Shown piece by piece: positions 38,191-52,019 of a stretch of DNA of 64,000 nucleotides. Where the stretch lies: positions 29,512,001-29,576,000 of the forward strand of contig NC_043005.1 of the NCBI RefSeq assembly GCF_006345805.1. Direction: 5' to 3'. The position numbers and the translations under genes are program-made. Position 1 is the stretch's first letter, and each line of letters opens with the position of its first letter. The notes beneath the pieces are model-generated. The model searched no databases. It worked only from the letters and a program-made list of their open reading frames with translations, and had not been told where the DNA came from. This DNA comes from Octopus sinensis. Taxonomy: Eukaryota.

Positions 38191-38719
38191 TTTCTCTGGT
38201 TTACTTGAGTTATAGACTTAACCCATCAACCAGCTTCATACCCACTTCCATCATCTGACACCCTGGGTGCTTTTAGTGGGGTCAACTCCGTGACAAGCAT
38301 TTGGACTAGGTTTGAAAGTAAAATTCCTGGCTGTGACTTTGGACTTTCATGCAAATTCCTATAAACCCTTCCAGAAACTAAATGAGAGGCTGATGTATAT
38401 TGACACAACTTCCTGCCATCAGCCATAGTGGTTAAAAATCTTAGTGAAGGGTGTTAGTAGAAAGTTTCCTAACTTATCTCCAAGAATGGTGGTTTTATTT
38501 AATGCTTGTAGCTCTGATTTTTAACAAGGCCCTGGTTGCTAACAGTTTCAAAGATGTCATTAGTTACAAATCTGATCTTAATTTCACTGAGAGAAATCAC
38601 TACCAAAAGGTCATATGATTCACATCCTTGCTTTCTCTTAATGTTAAGACTTGTGTAGGTAATATCTTCTTTAAATTAGCAGATGAGCATTTTCCACATT
38701 CAGATGCTGTACTTGTGAA

Positions 38720-39340
38720 GACCTGTTGAACCGAGTGAAATCATAGTTGTGACCTATACCAGTGCTGTCTAACTGATGCCTATGGTGGTGGCATGTAAAA
38801 AGCCCCATTCGTGTGTTGGGCCTCATGGAGGCAGTGACACCAAGCCGAGTGAGATCGTATTCATGGTCAATGCCAGTGTTGCATAACTGGCCCTTTAAAA
38901 GTACCCTTCAATCATTGGGCAATATGCTGTGCTTATGAAGACCTGTTGAACCAAGTGAAATCGTAGTTGTAGCTGATGCTAGTACCATCTGACTGGCATC
39001 TATGCTGGTGGTATGTAAATAGCACCATTTGAGTGTTGGGCTTCGTGGAGGACAGGTGACCAAGACCCTTGGTGATATACCGTGCTTGTGTTGACCTGTC
39101 AAGCCAAATCAGGCCATAGTCATGGCTGATGCCAGTATCAAGTCAATGGCATCCATGCTGGTGGCATGTAAAAAGCACCCACTACACTCGTGGAGTGGTT
39201 GGCATTAGGAAGGGCATCTAGCCATAGAAACCTTGCCAAATCAGACTGGAACATGGTGCAACCCCATGGCTTACCAGTGTTCAGTCAAACAGTCCAACCC
39301 ATGTTAGCATGGAAAGTGGACATTAAACGATGATGATGAC
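38720..39340 (+). mobile_element. Long RTE-tail element with internal subrepeats
   Basis: Same family as 8495-9010; (GAT)n tail at ~39330. Confidence 0.75.
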
Positions 39341-40961
39341 ATAAATATGGGTAAATTTTCAGGTAGTGTACCTTGAGGATCTTTTTTAATTTTAAGCCCA
39401 ACCTAAAAGCAAATGTTAGTAAATAGGCCAAAACCAAACATGCTAACTCAATGGTCAATGCAACACGAAAGAGGCCATGGTATATGAAGTAAAGGTGGCA
39501 GGGCAACACAAAATACAAAGGTAGATGGGTGCAGGAAAAGGCTCCTTCAAGGCCAGACTCAGCAGTTTCAAAATCCAGAAAGGACATGATGATACAACAT
39601 TAGTGAGACACACTTGGCTGTTGAAAGGATATACTGCACTGACATCAAGTGAGGATCACTGGAAAAGTGTACACTTTACCTAAACAGGAGCCAAGTGTTG
39701 GTAAAGTCTTCTTTCTTTCCAAGTGTCACAGCTCAGGTGTTGCACTAAACCTGAGATGAAAGGCCTGACGAGATCAATGGAAACATAGAATGTGTCACCA
39801 AATTCCTTTCATTTCCAAGAGATGGCTGTTGTCTTCAGGTGAGGAAGATAACAGCCAAGAGAGATGCAAGAAGGTGAGAGGGGAGGAAGGGAGAGAGAGA
39901 GAGAGAGAAAGAGAAAAGGGCTATGGAAGGGTCAGAAATGAAGTGGGGGTTGAGTGAAGGGAGTGGAAGCTGAGAATTATAGAAGGGGAAAGTAGAAAGA
40001 CAAAGCATAAATAAACTAATTAGGCCCCAGTTAGGTAGTAACAGAAATAGTTAATTACATCTAATGAGTTATCTGGTACTTTTATATCTCACAGATCCTT
40101 ATTTCAGTCTGTGAATCATGTCATTCTAGAGATCCATGAAGGAAGCCAAATGTATCAACATGAATTAATTAAAATCCTATGGAGGAATACTTCGCTTTTC
40201 CTATTCTTGGCATCGATAAAACATCATACCAGTCAAGAACATTGATTTTAAAGTGATTTAAATTAAAACTTACCATCAAAATTTCATGTTAATTTATGTT
40301 CCAATTACAAATCTAATAATGATGAAATTATTTTATTAAATTCTTCATTATTTTCAATATTTATTGAAACAAACATAGCATAGATTAATAGAAATATGGT
40401 ACCAAAAAGGTTAATTAGATATGATAGAGAATAAAAGAATAATGTAGAGCTATGAAGACAAAATCCCATAGAATGAATTATTGTGTCATTTAGACATGGA
40501 TAAGAATGGTAAAGAATGGTTGAATGTGGTAGAACTGTGAAGACAGAACTCTATGAATCAATTACTAAATTGTTTAGACATGACAGAGAATGGTTAAAAT
40601 CAGGTGGAATTATGAAGACAGAACTCTACTTTAATATCTAGTTGGTTACAGAGAATCTCGCTTTGTTCTGTTGGGGTAAAAAGATAAAAGTTAGTTTAAA
40701 ATGTTAAAGAAATGGTTGAGTGAACAGTGAATAGGAGGTAACAAGCATTTACAATGCCTGGAACGATAACTTTGGTGAAAAGAGATGTTAAGTAAGATCT
40801 AAAGGAGTATAAAAGACATATCTGAAGATATCTGAAGTAAATCTTAAGAGAAGTATTAATACTTGAGACAATGAGGTTTGACACTATTTGATGATATCAG
40901 TGTTATGTTGGAGGTCCTCACATCTCTTAACGCTCTATTGTAATACAACAACAACAACAAT

Positions 40962-41350
40962 AAAGGAATTTGACAAACTCAGTAAATATAAGGGTCTGGA
41001 AATTGAAATACAAAAGATGTGGCATCTTAAAGCAAAAATTGTTTCTGTTATTGTAGGTGCCCTAGGTATGATTAAAAAAAAGGGATGTTGGAAGCATCTA
41101 GATAACATCCCAGGAGAACCATGTTTCAAAGAAACCTTAAAGATTGTGCTGACAAGTGCTGCTCACATCCTTAGAAAAACTATCAATTTAAATGTCTCTG
41201 TTGTATTACATGGAAATATTTCACTACTGCCACTTCCCCTCCCCAAGTTTTCAGTCATACTGTAACATCTTTTATCCTTCACTCACCCTAGGACACTCTA
41301 GTGTGTCTTAGCAAGTGATTCCAACAAATGTGAAGATTAAACGTGAATAA
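40962..41350 (+). mobile_element. R4/Dong-like LINE 3' fragment
   Basis: KEFDKLSKYKGLEIEIQKMWHLKAKIVSVIVGALG, the restriction-like endonuclease C-terminus; flanked by (AAC/AAT)n. Confidence 0.85.
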
Positions 41351-41366
41351 CAATAACAACAACAAC

Positions 41367-41399
<33 letters not shown>

Positions 41400-41526
41400 T
41401 CAAACAGATCAGGTGCTTGAGCATAACAGACTGGACCTAGTAGTGGTGGACAAGGTGCACCACATGTGCTATATGGTTGGTGTTGTGTGCCTCTTTGACC
41501 CATGAAATAGTCATGAAGGAAAGTGA

Positions 41527-41560
<34 letters not shown>

Positions 41561-41666
41561 CCAAGTTTTCAGTCATACTGTAACATCTTTTATCCTTCAC
41601 TCACCCTAGGACACTCTAATGTGTCTTAGCAAGTGATTCCAACAAATGTGAAGATTAAACGTGAAT

Positions 41667-41699
<33 letters not shown>

Positions 41700-41713
41700 A
41701 ATAATAATAATAA
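41243..41713. repeat. Local duplication (A-B-A); B is an R4-like fragment repeated at 42296
   Basis: 41243-41400 is repeated at 41561-41713; 41400-41560 is repeated at 42296-42450. Confidence 0.85.
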
Positions 41714-42281
41714 TGCTATGAATGGTTCAGTCTAAGGACAGTTGGCAGTGACCTACTTTTGGGATAAACCCATTGTCCCGTCAGATTCAGGTGGATTGAT
41801 CGGTTCTGGGTAAATCTGCGACCCCTTTCGGGTGAATTAGAGGTCGTTCTAAACACCCCTTGAAGAAGAGGAGGAGGAAGGAAGTGAGAAAGATGGAGTA
41901 AGGAATCTGAGAGCAGATAGAGAGGGTATTAGCAGTAAGAGAGGATGAGGGGCAGAGAGAAGAAAAGTAGTGAGAGAGATAGAGTATAAGGCTAAGGGAC
42001 AGATTGAGGATAGAGATAGGCAGTTAGGGCTGAGAGCAGATAGAGAGGGTATAAGCAGTAGAGAGAGATGGAGATTAGGGTAGTGAGAAGGACGGAGCAA
42101 GTGAGGTTTTGAGGTAGTTGGTATTCGGTCGTCAAAGAGGACAGACGGATTTTGGAAGTCAGGGCAAGGAGTTGGAATTTTAGGAGCAAGCGGCTGGGAT
42201 GCGAGAACTTGGCAGGCTGGAGCTAGCGGCACAAAAACTTGCCCGTTCGGGCGAGCGGCGACGACAGGTGATTCCGTAACA
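41714..42281. mobile_element. Solo LTR candidate (568 bp)
   Basis: TG...CA ends; imperfect terminal IR TGCTATGAAT vs TGTTACGGAAT; ATAA flanks inside (TAA)n; GC/CpG above background. Confidence 0.65.
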
Positions 42282-42295
42282 ATAATAATAATAAT

Positions 42296-42728
42296 CCAAA
42301 CAGATCAGGTGCTTGAGCATAACAGACTGGACCTAGTAGTGGTGGACAAGGTGCACCACATGTGCTATATGGTTGGTGTTGTGTGCCTCTTTGACCCATG
42401 AAATAGTCATGAAGGAAGGTGAAAAGATAGATAGATAGATAGATAGATACAACCCTCTTAAGTATGAAATAGAACGGTTATGGAAAATGAAGAAGAGGAA
42501 GATAGTGCCAATTATTGTTAGGTCCTTGGGGACAGTATCAGAGGGCATCAAGGGGAATATAAAGGAAATTGGAATAGAGTGCCCAGTAGAACTGTTACAA
42601 AGGGTTTGCCTCCTTGGCATGGCCAGAATAATTGAAAAGAACAGATAGCATGGTATCTTAGGCTGCAGGTAGTAGGCCTGCTATGCATACATGTCTCCAG
42701 GTGTTCTAACAACAAAACTTGAGTTGAA

Positions 42729-42730
<2 letters not shown>
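42296..42730 (+). mobile_element. R4/Dong-like LINE 3' fragment
   Basis: QTDQVLEHNRLDLVVVDK...LKYEIERLWKMKKRKIVPIIVRSLGTV, a PD-(D/E)xK-type nuclease; (AAT)n on both sides. Confidence 0.85.
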
Positions 42731-42782
<52 letters not shown>

Positions 42783-43257
42783 GCCTTGTGAGTAGATTTG
42801 GTAGATGGAAACAGAAAGAAGCTTGTTATATACATGTGTGTGTGTCTGTGTTTGTCCCTCCAACATCACTTGACAACTGATGCTAGTGTGTTTACATCCC
42901 TGTAACTTAGCAGTTCAGCAAAAGAAACCGATAGAATAAGTACTAGGCTTACAAAGAATAAGTCCTGGGGTCGATTTTTCGACTAAAGACAGTGCTCCAG
43001 CATGGCCACAGACAATTGACTTAAACAAAAGAATATGTGTGTGTGTCTATGTGTGTATATACATATATATATATGTGTGTGTGTGTATATATATATATTT
43101 ACATATATACTTGTAATGTAAGGATAAATTTTTATTAAAAGATTTTATCAGTGGCCAGCATAAGAAAAAATACCTTTTAAGGTGAAAATTATAAATATAA
43201 TTATAAATAAGGGCAAAAAGAGAAAAATTTCTTTGCCAATATGCTGAAAAATAGACA

Positions 43258-43453
43258 CTAAATCATCTAAACACATAAAACATTTTCACTTATTTTATTA
43301 CACCACGTGTCAAAACGAGGAAAGCAAGCTAACAGAAATTCATAAAAATTCATAAAACTATATTTTTATGAATTTCAATTAGCTTACTTTCCTCGTTTCA
43401 ACCCGTGCTGTAATAATATAAGCGAATATATTTTATGTGGTTAGACAATTTAG
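43258..43453. mobile_element. Old MITE / foldback with ~90-bp diverged arms
   Basis: Arms roughly 80% complementary by eye. Confidence 0.75.
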
Positions 43454-43574
43454 CATCTATTTTACGGCATATTCTTTTCTACTTTATTTTTCAGCATATC
43501 GGCACAGATATTCTTTTCTTTTTGCCCTTATCTTTAATTGTATATATATATATATATATATATATAAATATATA

Positions 43575-43860
43575 TCCTCATCATTGTCGTTTAACGTCTG
43601 CTTTCCATGCTGGCATGGATTGGACGGTTTGACTGAGGGCTGGCAAGCCAGAAGGCTGCACCAGACTCCAATCTGATCTGGCAAAGTTTCTACAGCTGGA
43701 TACCCTTTCTCACGCCAACCACTCCGAGAGTGTAGAGGGTACTTTTTTCATGCCACCAGCATGGGACCAGTCAGGTGGCAGTCGCATCAACCATATTTGA
43801 ATGGTGCTTTTTACATGCCACCGGCATGGGTGCCAATCAGGCAGTACTGGTATTGGCTAT
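43575..43860 (-). mobile_element. RTE-tail element copy
   Basis: CATCATTGTCGTTTAACGTCTGCTTTCCATGCTGGCATG... Confidence 0.8.
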
Positions 43861-44131
43861 GACACTGATGTCAGTTGACTCAACAGGTGTTTGCAAGTGC
43901 AGTTTATTGTCCAATGATTGCAGGTTACTCTTAAATGGGCTGGTTATACTGCACTGGCATAGGCCACAGTTATGGTTTCACTTAGAAGGACATATAGTTG
44001 TAACATAGTTGTAGTTACAACTGTGATGTTGTTGGTAAAACATGTTTTTTGTCTATCTACTTATCCTCTTGGAGATTTTAGATAAAATTATACTAATGTG
44101 TCCTTCTAATTTAATTAAATTCTATATCTTT

Positions 44132-44220
44132 GTGCAGCTGAAGATTGCTCTACATTTTAAATTGATGTAATGATTGCATTGTTCAATTAAATGGAGTCGC
44201 ATGAAACGATCGTACTGCAT
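44132..44220 (+). ncRNA. Type-I hammerhead motif, family F (best copy)
   Basis: GUGCAG/CUGCAU stem I; CUGAAGA (44138-44144); long stem II; GAAA (44203-44206); palindrome ACGAUCGU; GUA. Confidence 0.75.
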
Positions 44221-45519
44221 TACCTCTGGATATCCTTGTTGCTTATTTTGATTATATATATATATATATAGATAGATAGATAGATATATACACACACACA
44301 ATGAAACTATATAGAGGTAACATATACATATATTCACTTCTATATTACACAATAAATACATTCTTAAATAACAGTATGTATACACACACACATCCTGTCT
44401 CAGAATGTTATATAAATAGCCTCCGTATAATGAAGCAGCAGATAGTTATTGGTGATGAGTTGACGCCATGAAGTATAGAGTTGCCCAGCAAGTTGGCTTT
44501 TGACAGTCAATCTCTGGTAAGAGATAAGCCATTTGGTTTTGATGACCATCGCTGACCTTCAATTTCTTCAAAGACAGCAGCTCAACTGTTGAATTAATCA
44601 CAGACACGCACCAAAGAAGCAAAAACACATAAACATACATTAAGGATTCATGAAAGAAACTGCTAATGGCTTGTTTCAGCAATAATTAGAGCAAAGGATT
44701 AATGGAAACTTATCAAGCTTCATTGTGAAGTCTTCGATACGTAAAAGTAGGATTTAGAAAAAGAGACTGAAGTTTAATGGGAGAAGCTTGTCGTATAGAA
44801 AGCTGCAAACAATCGGATGGAATAACGTTCAAATAAGTGTGTTGGTTAAATTAGTCAATCACTGTGTACTTCACACACACACACACGCGTATGCATATAC
44901 ATACACACACACACAAACATACACACACACACACTCACAAACACACTCATGCATACGCATTCACACACATGCACACACACTCATATACATACATGCTCTT
45001 TTTCTCTTTCTCTTTGTCCCTCACTTTCTCTCTCCCTTTTTCTTTCTCTTTCACTCTCTGTCTCTTTGTCTCTTTCTCTTCCTCTTTCTCTCTCTCATTC
45101 TCCCTCTTTCTTTCTCTCTCTCACTCTCTGGTCTACATTGACAAATTCATGATAAAATCGCAGAGTGTCTTCTTCAAAAGCTGTACTCTTAAATTATTCA
45201 CAAATCTCCATAAACAGCCTAACTGAAGTATTTCTACTTTGATAATTCCAGCCAGAGAATGGTAGTCCAGCATTAGCAGACATTCGACCATTGCTTGGCA
45301 CTGAATAATTACTTAACATGTTAATTGAAGGGGAAAATCGTTTTGAAAGGTGTTTCCCCCGATCCTCTTCAATCTCCTTTACAATCCCTCTTTGTGTGTG
45401 TGTGCACGCGCGTGTTTATGTATATATTCATATCTCATCATCATCATCATCATTTAATGTCCATTTTCCATGCTGGCATAGGTTGGATGGTTTGACAGGA
45501 GCTGGTAAGGCCGGGAACC

Positions 45520-47790
45520 AGGGCCAGAAGCTGATAAAGAAAAGGAGGCTCTGGAAGCTCAAAGATCCTTCAAATGGGCTGAGATTTTGAGATGTTCTTA
45601 ATGAAATCTTTGATGAAAAGGTGGAAGAAATAGAAACTTTCAATGTAGAGGACAACTGTAAGTTCTTGCGGGATGTTCTTCTGAAGGCAACAGACCAAAT
45701 CTGTGGTCGGAGCAAAGCTTCTTATTTCTTTATTGCCCACAAGGAGCTAAACACAGAGGAGACAAACAAGGACAGACAAAGGGATTACATTGATTACATC
45801 GACCCCAGTGTGTAACTGGTACTTAGTTTATCGACCCTGAAAGGATGAAAGGTAAAGTCGACCTCGGTGGAATTTGAACTCAGAACATAAAGACAGATGA
45901 AATACCGCTAAGCATTTCACCTGGTGTGTTAATGTTTCTGCCAGCTCACCACCAGCTTGCCTTCAGAGCAAAGCTTCTGCCAGACAAAGGGTGATGTAGT
46001 GGTGGAACAGTGATGCTGACAGGACCATGAAACAGATGAGACAGGTTTGGAAAGAATGGAAAAATGGGAGTAGCAAAGAATTGTATCAGAAAGCTAAAAG
46101 GGAAGCTAAACATCAGAAGCAGAAAAGAAGAGATTTGCCAATGTCCTAAAGCTTGAAGATTGCAGGCTTGGAGTGTTCCAGATTGCTAGACACTGTATCA
46201 GAATGAATTGAGATGTTGTGAGTGAGAAGTATGGATGGATGGATAAGGGTATGCTTAGTGATTCTGACAAGAAAGAGGCATGGAAGAGTCACTGTGCAAG
46301 GCTGTTAAATGTGGAGAATGAATGGGATAAAAGAAGTCTCCCTTGTGTGAACCCAGCAGAAGGCCCATCTGTCCACTACCATACCATCTGTCCTAGTGGA
46401 CAGATGGTATGGTAGATAAGGCAGTAAAAGATATGAAAACAGGGAAAGTCCTTGGCCCTACTGAGATGCTCAAAATATCTTGCGGAGTAGGATATGGGCT
46501 AGTCACCTGCTTAGTTATTACCAGTTTATTGAGGAAGGTGCAATCCCCAGTAACTGGTGTAGCAGCATTATAGTTAGCTGTTCCAAGGGTAAGGGAGAAG
46601 CTTTTGACAGAAGCAGTTATAGACACATTAAACTCTGGACAAGGTGATGAAAATTATGGAGAGTTTTAGCCCAATTAATTAGGAGCAGAATGAGGCCAGA
46701 CGAAATGCAATTTGGTTTTGTCCTGGGGAGAAGCCCTACTGACACTAGATTCAAGGGGAAATACTTAGCATTCATTGATCTAGAGAAAGCCTTCAATAGA
46801 ATACCCTGCTGTGTGATATGGTGGGCACTGAAGCAGCCAGGGGTAGATAAGTGGCTGGTGAAAGCTGTACAGGTCATGTACAGAGATGCTGTTGGTAAGG
46901 TGAGAGTTAACAGTGAATACAGTAAAGAATTTGGTGTGCAGATAGGCATTCATCAAGGACCAGTCCACAGTCCCTTTTCAGCATTGTCCCCTAGGCCATA
47001 ACAGAGGAAATCAGGACTGGCATCCATTGGGAACTATTATATACTGATGATCTTACTCTCATAGCAGATTGTATATTAGAGCTAGAAAAGAAATTCCAGG
47101 TGTGGAAGCAAAACCTAGAATCTAAGGGTCTTGACATAAACTTAGCAAAGACTAAGATTTTAGTAGGTAAGAAAACAGACAAAATCTTACTCCACTTCAG
47201 GTAAATGGCCATGCCGGTGCAGTTTCATGTCTTTCTCAATCACACCCCACACATAGTAACCCATGGAATTATAATCGGGAGATTTAGGAGGCCAGTAACT
47301 GGGACTAGTGAAGTCATAGAAATTCTCCAACAATCACTTTTGACTTTTTCTGGAGATATGGCAAGGAGTCAAACCCTGCTGCCATACATATGGCATTCTA
47401 GCAACAACCCACTACAGCTAGGGATTGACCATAGTTTCCCAGCAGCTTCACATAATCACCTAAATTGAGCCTGAGGCTTTATTCAAAGATGAGTGGGGTG
47501 GCATGATGTCGCCTTCATTGGAGATGCTCTAAAAGGCCATCAGAGTTTTGGGGAATCTGGTTTTTTATGACATCCATGTCATGCTTTAACAGCCTTTGCA
47601 GTGTTCACAGAATCTTGAGCAGCAGTCATGATGTTGGTATTTTGATATCCAGCATGAATCACCGTGACACAGGTAACTCTTTTCCAATATTTAAATGGCT
47701 TCCAGTCCTCCATGTCATCTCATTTTTTCTCAAACACAAATTTAATCTTTATGCTCTCCAATTCTGTAGACTGTTCACCAATACATCAAG
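45520..47790 (+). pseudogene. Decayed RTE (BovB-like) LINE with reverse transcriptase domain
   Basis: QFGFVLGRS, LAFIDLEKAFNRIP, GIHQG, LLYTDDL, GLDINLAKTK motifs, with stops and frameshifts. Confidence 0.9.
45723..45965 (-). mobile_element. Nin/Deu-type SINE nested in the RTE LINE
   Basis: 13-bp TSD GAGCAAAGCTTCT at 45710-45722 and 45966-45978. Confidence 0.9.
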
Positions 47791-47866
47791 CTGTTCTCAG
47801 TAAAAAGAAGAAATATGAATAGTAAAATTTAACCTGGGCACCTTGTATGCACATGTGTGTATATAC

Positions 47867-47912
<46 letters not shown>

Positions 47913-48004
47913 ATATATATAATGTACTGATACATTCAACAAAAAAGTACTCCATCTGATGAGAGATTAATATTTAAAGGTCACAGTACACAATACATGT
48001 ATTA

Positions 48005-48206
48005 AAGCACTACTAATGGTTTCATATGTTGAGAGAACACAAACATATTGTTCAGGCACAAACTACATATCATAACGAACTAAAGAAATTCTTAATTTTT
48101 TCGCATTTCTTCTCTAGTTCAATTTTTTTAGTTCGTTATGATATGTGGTGTGTGCCTGAAGAATATATTTGAGTTCTCTCTGCATATGAAACTATTAGCA
48201 GTGCTT
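48005..48206. mobile_element. MITE with ~85-bp imperfect TIRs
   Basis: AAGCACTACTAATGGTTTCATATG... and ...CATATGAAACTATTAGCAGTGCTT. Confidence 0.8.
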
Positions 48207-48460
48207 ATATATATACATGTGTGTATATATTTCTATAATAAAAAAAATGCTAAACCACTGGTTTTAATTGATTAATATCAATTTCTACCCTTATTTAATT
48301 ATATATATATATATTTATATATGTGTGTGTGTATGTATATATATATATATATATACATACGCACACACACATATATATATATATACATACATAAACATAA
48401 AAATGCATATATACATACATATATATATATATATACCTATACATACATGTATATATACTT

Positions 48461-48547
<87 letters not shown>

Positions 48548-48551
<4 letters not shown>

Positions 48552-48740
48552 GAATTCACAAAAAAACAAAAGACAAAGACAGGTGGTGTAGACAACAAAC
48601 AGATGTATTGGTTTAATGCATGGGAAGTGAAAAAGTCTTTAACGTTTTGAGCCTACGCTCTTCCACAGAATGGAACATAGAAAGAAACAAGGAGAGAAAA
48701 TAAAGAATGTGTAGTCGCTAGCGATCTATCATGGCGAATA
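48548..48740 (-). mobile_element. Family D hammerhead element (motif 48636-48673, G12A)
   Basis: CUGUGGA-A-GAGC..GCUC-AAAA-CGU-U-AAAGA; 3' end at (TA)n. Confidence 0.7.
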
Positions 48741-48894
48741 TATATTTATATATACATGTATATATAAATATATATATGTATGTATGTATATATCATTTTG
48801 GGATCACCAATACTTTATTATGTCCCCATCTTTCTAACTCTCCTGTCTGACTACCTCTGTCCAGCCAACTGTCATGATTGACAGCTTGCCTCTA

Positions 48895-49056
48895 AACCTT
48901 TTTTTCTTCTCTCTGTGTTTATTTCCTCGTGTTCCTTTCTGTTGAAGATCATAGGCTCAAAACATAAATGACTTTCTCACCTTTCCAACCATTAAACTAA
49001 TACACCTGCTTGTTGTTTATACACCTGTCTTTGTCTTTTGTTTTTCTGTAAATTCC

Positions 49057-49062
<6 letters not shown>
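48895..49062 (+). mobile_element. Family D hammerhead element (degenerate motif 48934-48970)
   Basis: CUGUUGA-A-GAUC..GCUC-AAAA; head-to-head with the 48548-48740 copy. Confidence 0.6.
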
Positions 49063-49095
<33 letters not shown>

Positions 49096-49446
49096 GTTAA
49101 TAAAAAAAGCAAATATTAGAAAGAAGCACTCTCTAAAAAATAGAGCAGTAACTATTACAACAAAATTTTGTATAATGTTACCCAAGGTTCGCACCCACAA
49201 AGTAAAAAGCCTTGTGGACAGCTCCTCACCCACAAGGCTTAGCTTTGTGGGTGCGAAACTTTGGGTAACCCTACATAAAATTTTGTTGTCATATATATAT
49301 ATATATATATCCCCACACATGTATACATACATACATACACACATACATACATATACATACATACATATACATATATATATATATATATATATCCACACAT
49401 TTATACATACTTACATACAAAAATACATACATACATATAAACATGC

Positions 49447-49477
<31 letters not shown>

Positions 49478-50600
49478 CATACATAAATACAAATGTACAT
49501 ATATACATGCATACATACAACTAGACTTCCTTAAACACATACATATGACCACATGTATACATCCATACTAAGATATACCATTTCACATGATTCTGTGAGA
49601 GATAAGATAAATAACAAGTAAGACCAGGTTTTGAGATGTGATGAATCACAACAAACACTAGCTTCAAAGATATGATATATCACAAATAAGGTTAACCTCT
49701 GTGATATGTTATGTCACAACAGAGACCAGCTTCATGGTTCACTAGGAAACTCATGCATGCTTACCATGTGTGTGTGTGTGCGTGTGGTGGCGATGGTGAT
49801 GGTGGTGGAGGAGGTAGTGAGTTTAATGTGAATGCTCTCGTTGTAGCTTGAGGCTTCACTCTCTTTACATCAGTACACGAGTGAGTTTAGTGTAAATATC
49901 TTTGCTATAGATTGAAACCTTCTTCACTCTCTCTCTGATTACTTACTTCAGTGTAGGAATGGCTTTAGTGCAGCTGCACCTAATACAGACTGAAGTCCTC
50001 CCCGCCCCCACTTCTCTCTGTCTCTGTAACACTCACCTCTGTACGTGAGTGAGTTCAGTGTGAATCTCCTCTCCACAGATTGAAGCCTCACTCACTCACT
50101 CACTCTGCACTCATCTCGGTACATAAACAAGGGGAGTTGAGTGTGAATGTTCTCTTAGCACACTCAGTCAACTTCTCTTCATTTCCATTTACAACAAGAT
50201 GCTCTGTGCACACTTCATTCAACTGCTGGTGTTGTTGTAGTTGTTGTTGCTACAGGTTTAAGTAAGCAACAACAACAACAACAACAACTACAGCAACAGT
50301 AGCAGCAGCAGCCAGTGTAAAATAAGCATGTCTCCTCTGTTGAAACATGTAACATGTGTTGATAACTTAAGATGTCAGACAGTCTTCACTTACAATTCTT
50401 ACATTGTACTTGGCAATATGGCACTGTGATGTTGTTGTTGCTGTTGTTGTTGGCAGTGGTGGTGGGCGTCGGTGGTGGTGATGGTGGAAATGATGATGAT
50501 GGTGGTCGTGTTTATGTTTTCGTTTCTTATTAAATGCTAAGATGAACCTCCTGAAGAAAGACATCAATGAAAGCATGTGTTTGAGTGCGTTTGTATTATT

Positions 50601-50646
<46 letters not shown>

Positions 50647-51000
50647 GTACATTCCTTTGTGTACACTGATTGTTCTGCTTTTTTATGTTTAACCCTACAG
50701 TCTCTTATGTGGTGGTTTAATAAAGTATGTGATTGAGTATTATCTGATAATTGATATTTGATTTAGATGTATTTCTCCATTTTCTTATCTTGTATTCGTA
50801 ATTTGTGGTAAATCATTTTACCTTTGCCCATATAATACAGTAAATAAATTGATTGCATCGCAATCCTTAACATTTATGTATTAACTTTGTTGGGTACTTC
50901 ACTAGCAGTATATTGGATATATGTTATCCCATGGAGGGTTGCATTTACAACCCCTATCTCAATTTGTATATATGTGTATATATGTATATATATATATATA

Positions 51001-51389
51001 TTAGCAGTATCACCCGGTGTTGCTTGGGTTTGTTTTGACCCTTTAGAATTGGAATTTTTGAAAAGTAAAAATTTTACATTATGCAACTTGTTATTCTCTT
51101 CAAGTGAACATTTTTCCAGTTGAAATACACCGAAAAATGGTGACACAACAGTAAAAAATCGTAAAAAAATAGGGATTTTCATAGAAAAAAGCACCTTTTT
51201 GATGTAAATAATTTTTGGTGTTAACAAGGTCCGATTTGAATTTTACCTTCTACAGAATAAAGAGCAAGCCTTCTTCTATCATACTCTCAATTTTGGTCAA
51301 CTTGCGCTGCAGGGTCTCAAAGGAGACAGTATTAGTTGAAGGCTACCAAACCTGCCACACACAGACAACTTCAGCTTTATATATATAGA
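51001..51389 (-). mobile_element. Non-autonomous Helitron (Lep1-like organisation)
   Basis: Minus strand starts TC and ends hairpin-CTAA, inserted between A and T; (CA)n near the 5' end. Confidence 0.8.
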
Positions 51390-51390
51390 T

Positions 51391-52019
51391 TTGCTACAAC
51401 ACTACTTTCCAAGTCCAAAAGTTAAACACACAGACACACAAGTTGAGTTTTATATATATAGATTTCTCAACGGGGATTTCAGGGGAGAGTTTCAGGGAGT
51501 CGCTGGCGATGTATCGTGATGATCAAAAATCCGGCCCGCTAAAATTTGGTTAAAGTGATTCAAACTGCAGACTCAACACAAAATGGTCACATTTAATTCA
51601 AAGTGTTAAAAATGTTATGAAAACAATTGGTATGTGTTCACAAAGTCTAAACGATTAATACGAAAAAACCCTCCAGGCTACATTCCGAAAATTCATTTCT
51701 TTGCCGAATTTCTACAGTGTTTACAGCGATTTTTATATCTTAATTTTTTATTTTTCATGCAATTTATGCATGCTTGCACGCGTGGTGAACACAGTTCACG
51801 TCAAACAGCTGACTGAGTAAAGTTCACTATTCAATGCATGGGATAAGGACTAAACAAACACTTGCGAGATGAATTTCGGAACAGAAATAGCGCAGTTCAA
51901 TTTTCATTCGCCTAAACTTTAAGTGACCCATTTTTGGTGGTTCTACGATTTGTTGGCTAGGAGGAGATGTGCTGGGAAGTTAAACACACAGACACACAGA
52001 CACACAAGTTGAGTTTTAC

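Noticed and set aside
47958-47990. CTGATGA motif
   Set aside because: No stem II or GAAA downstream.
50545-50590. CTGAAGA...GAAA as a hammerhead
   Set aside because: Stem I and stem II do not pair.
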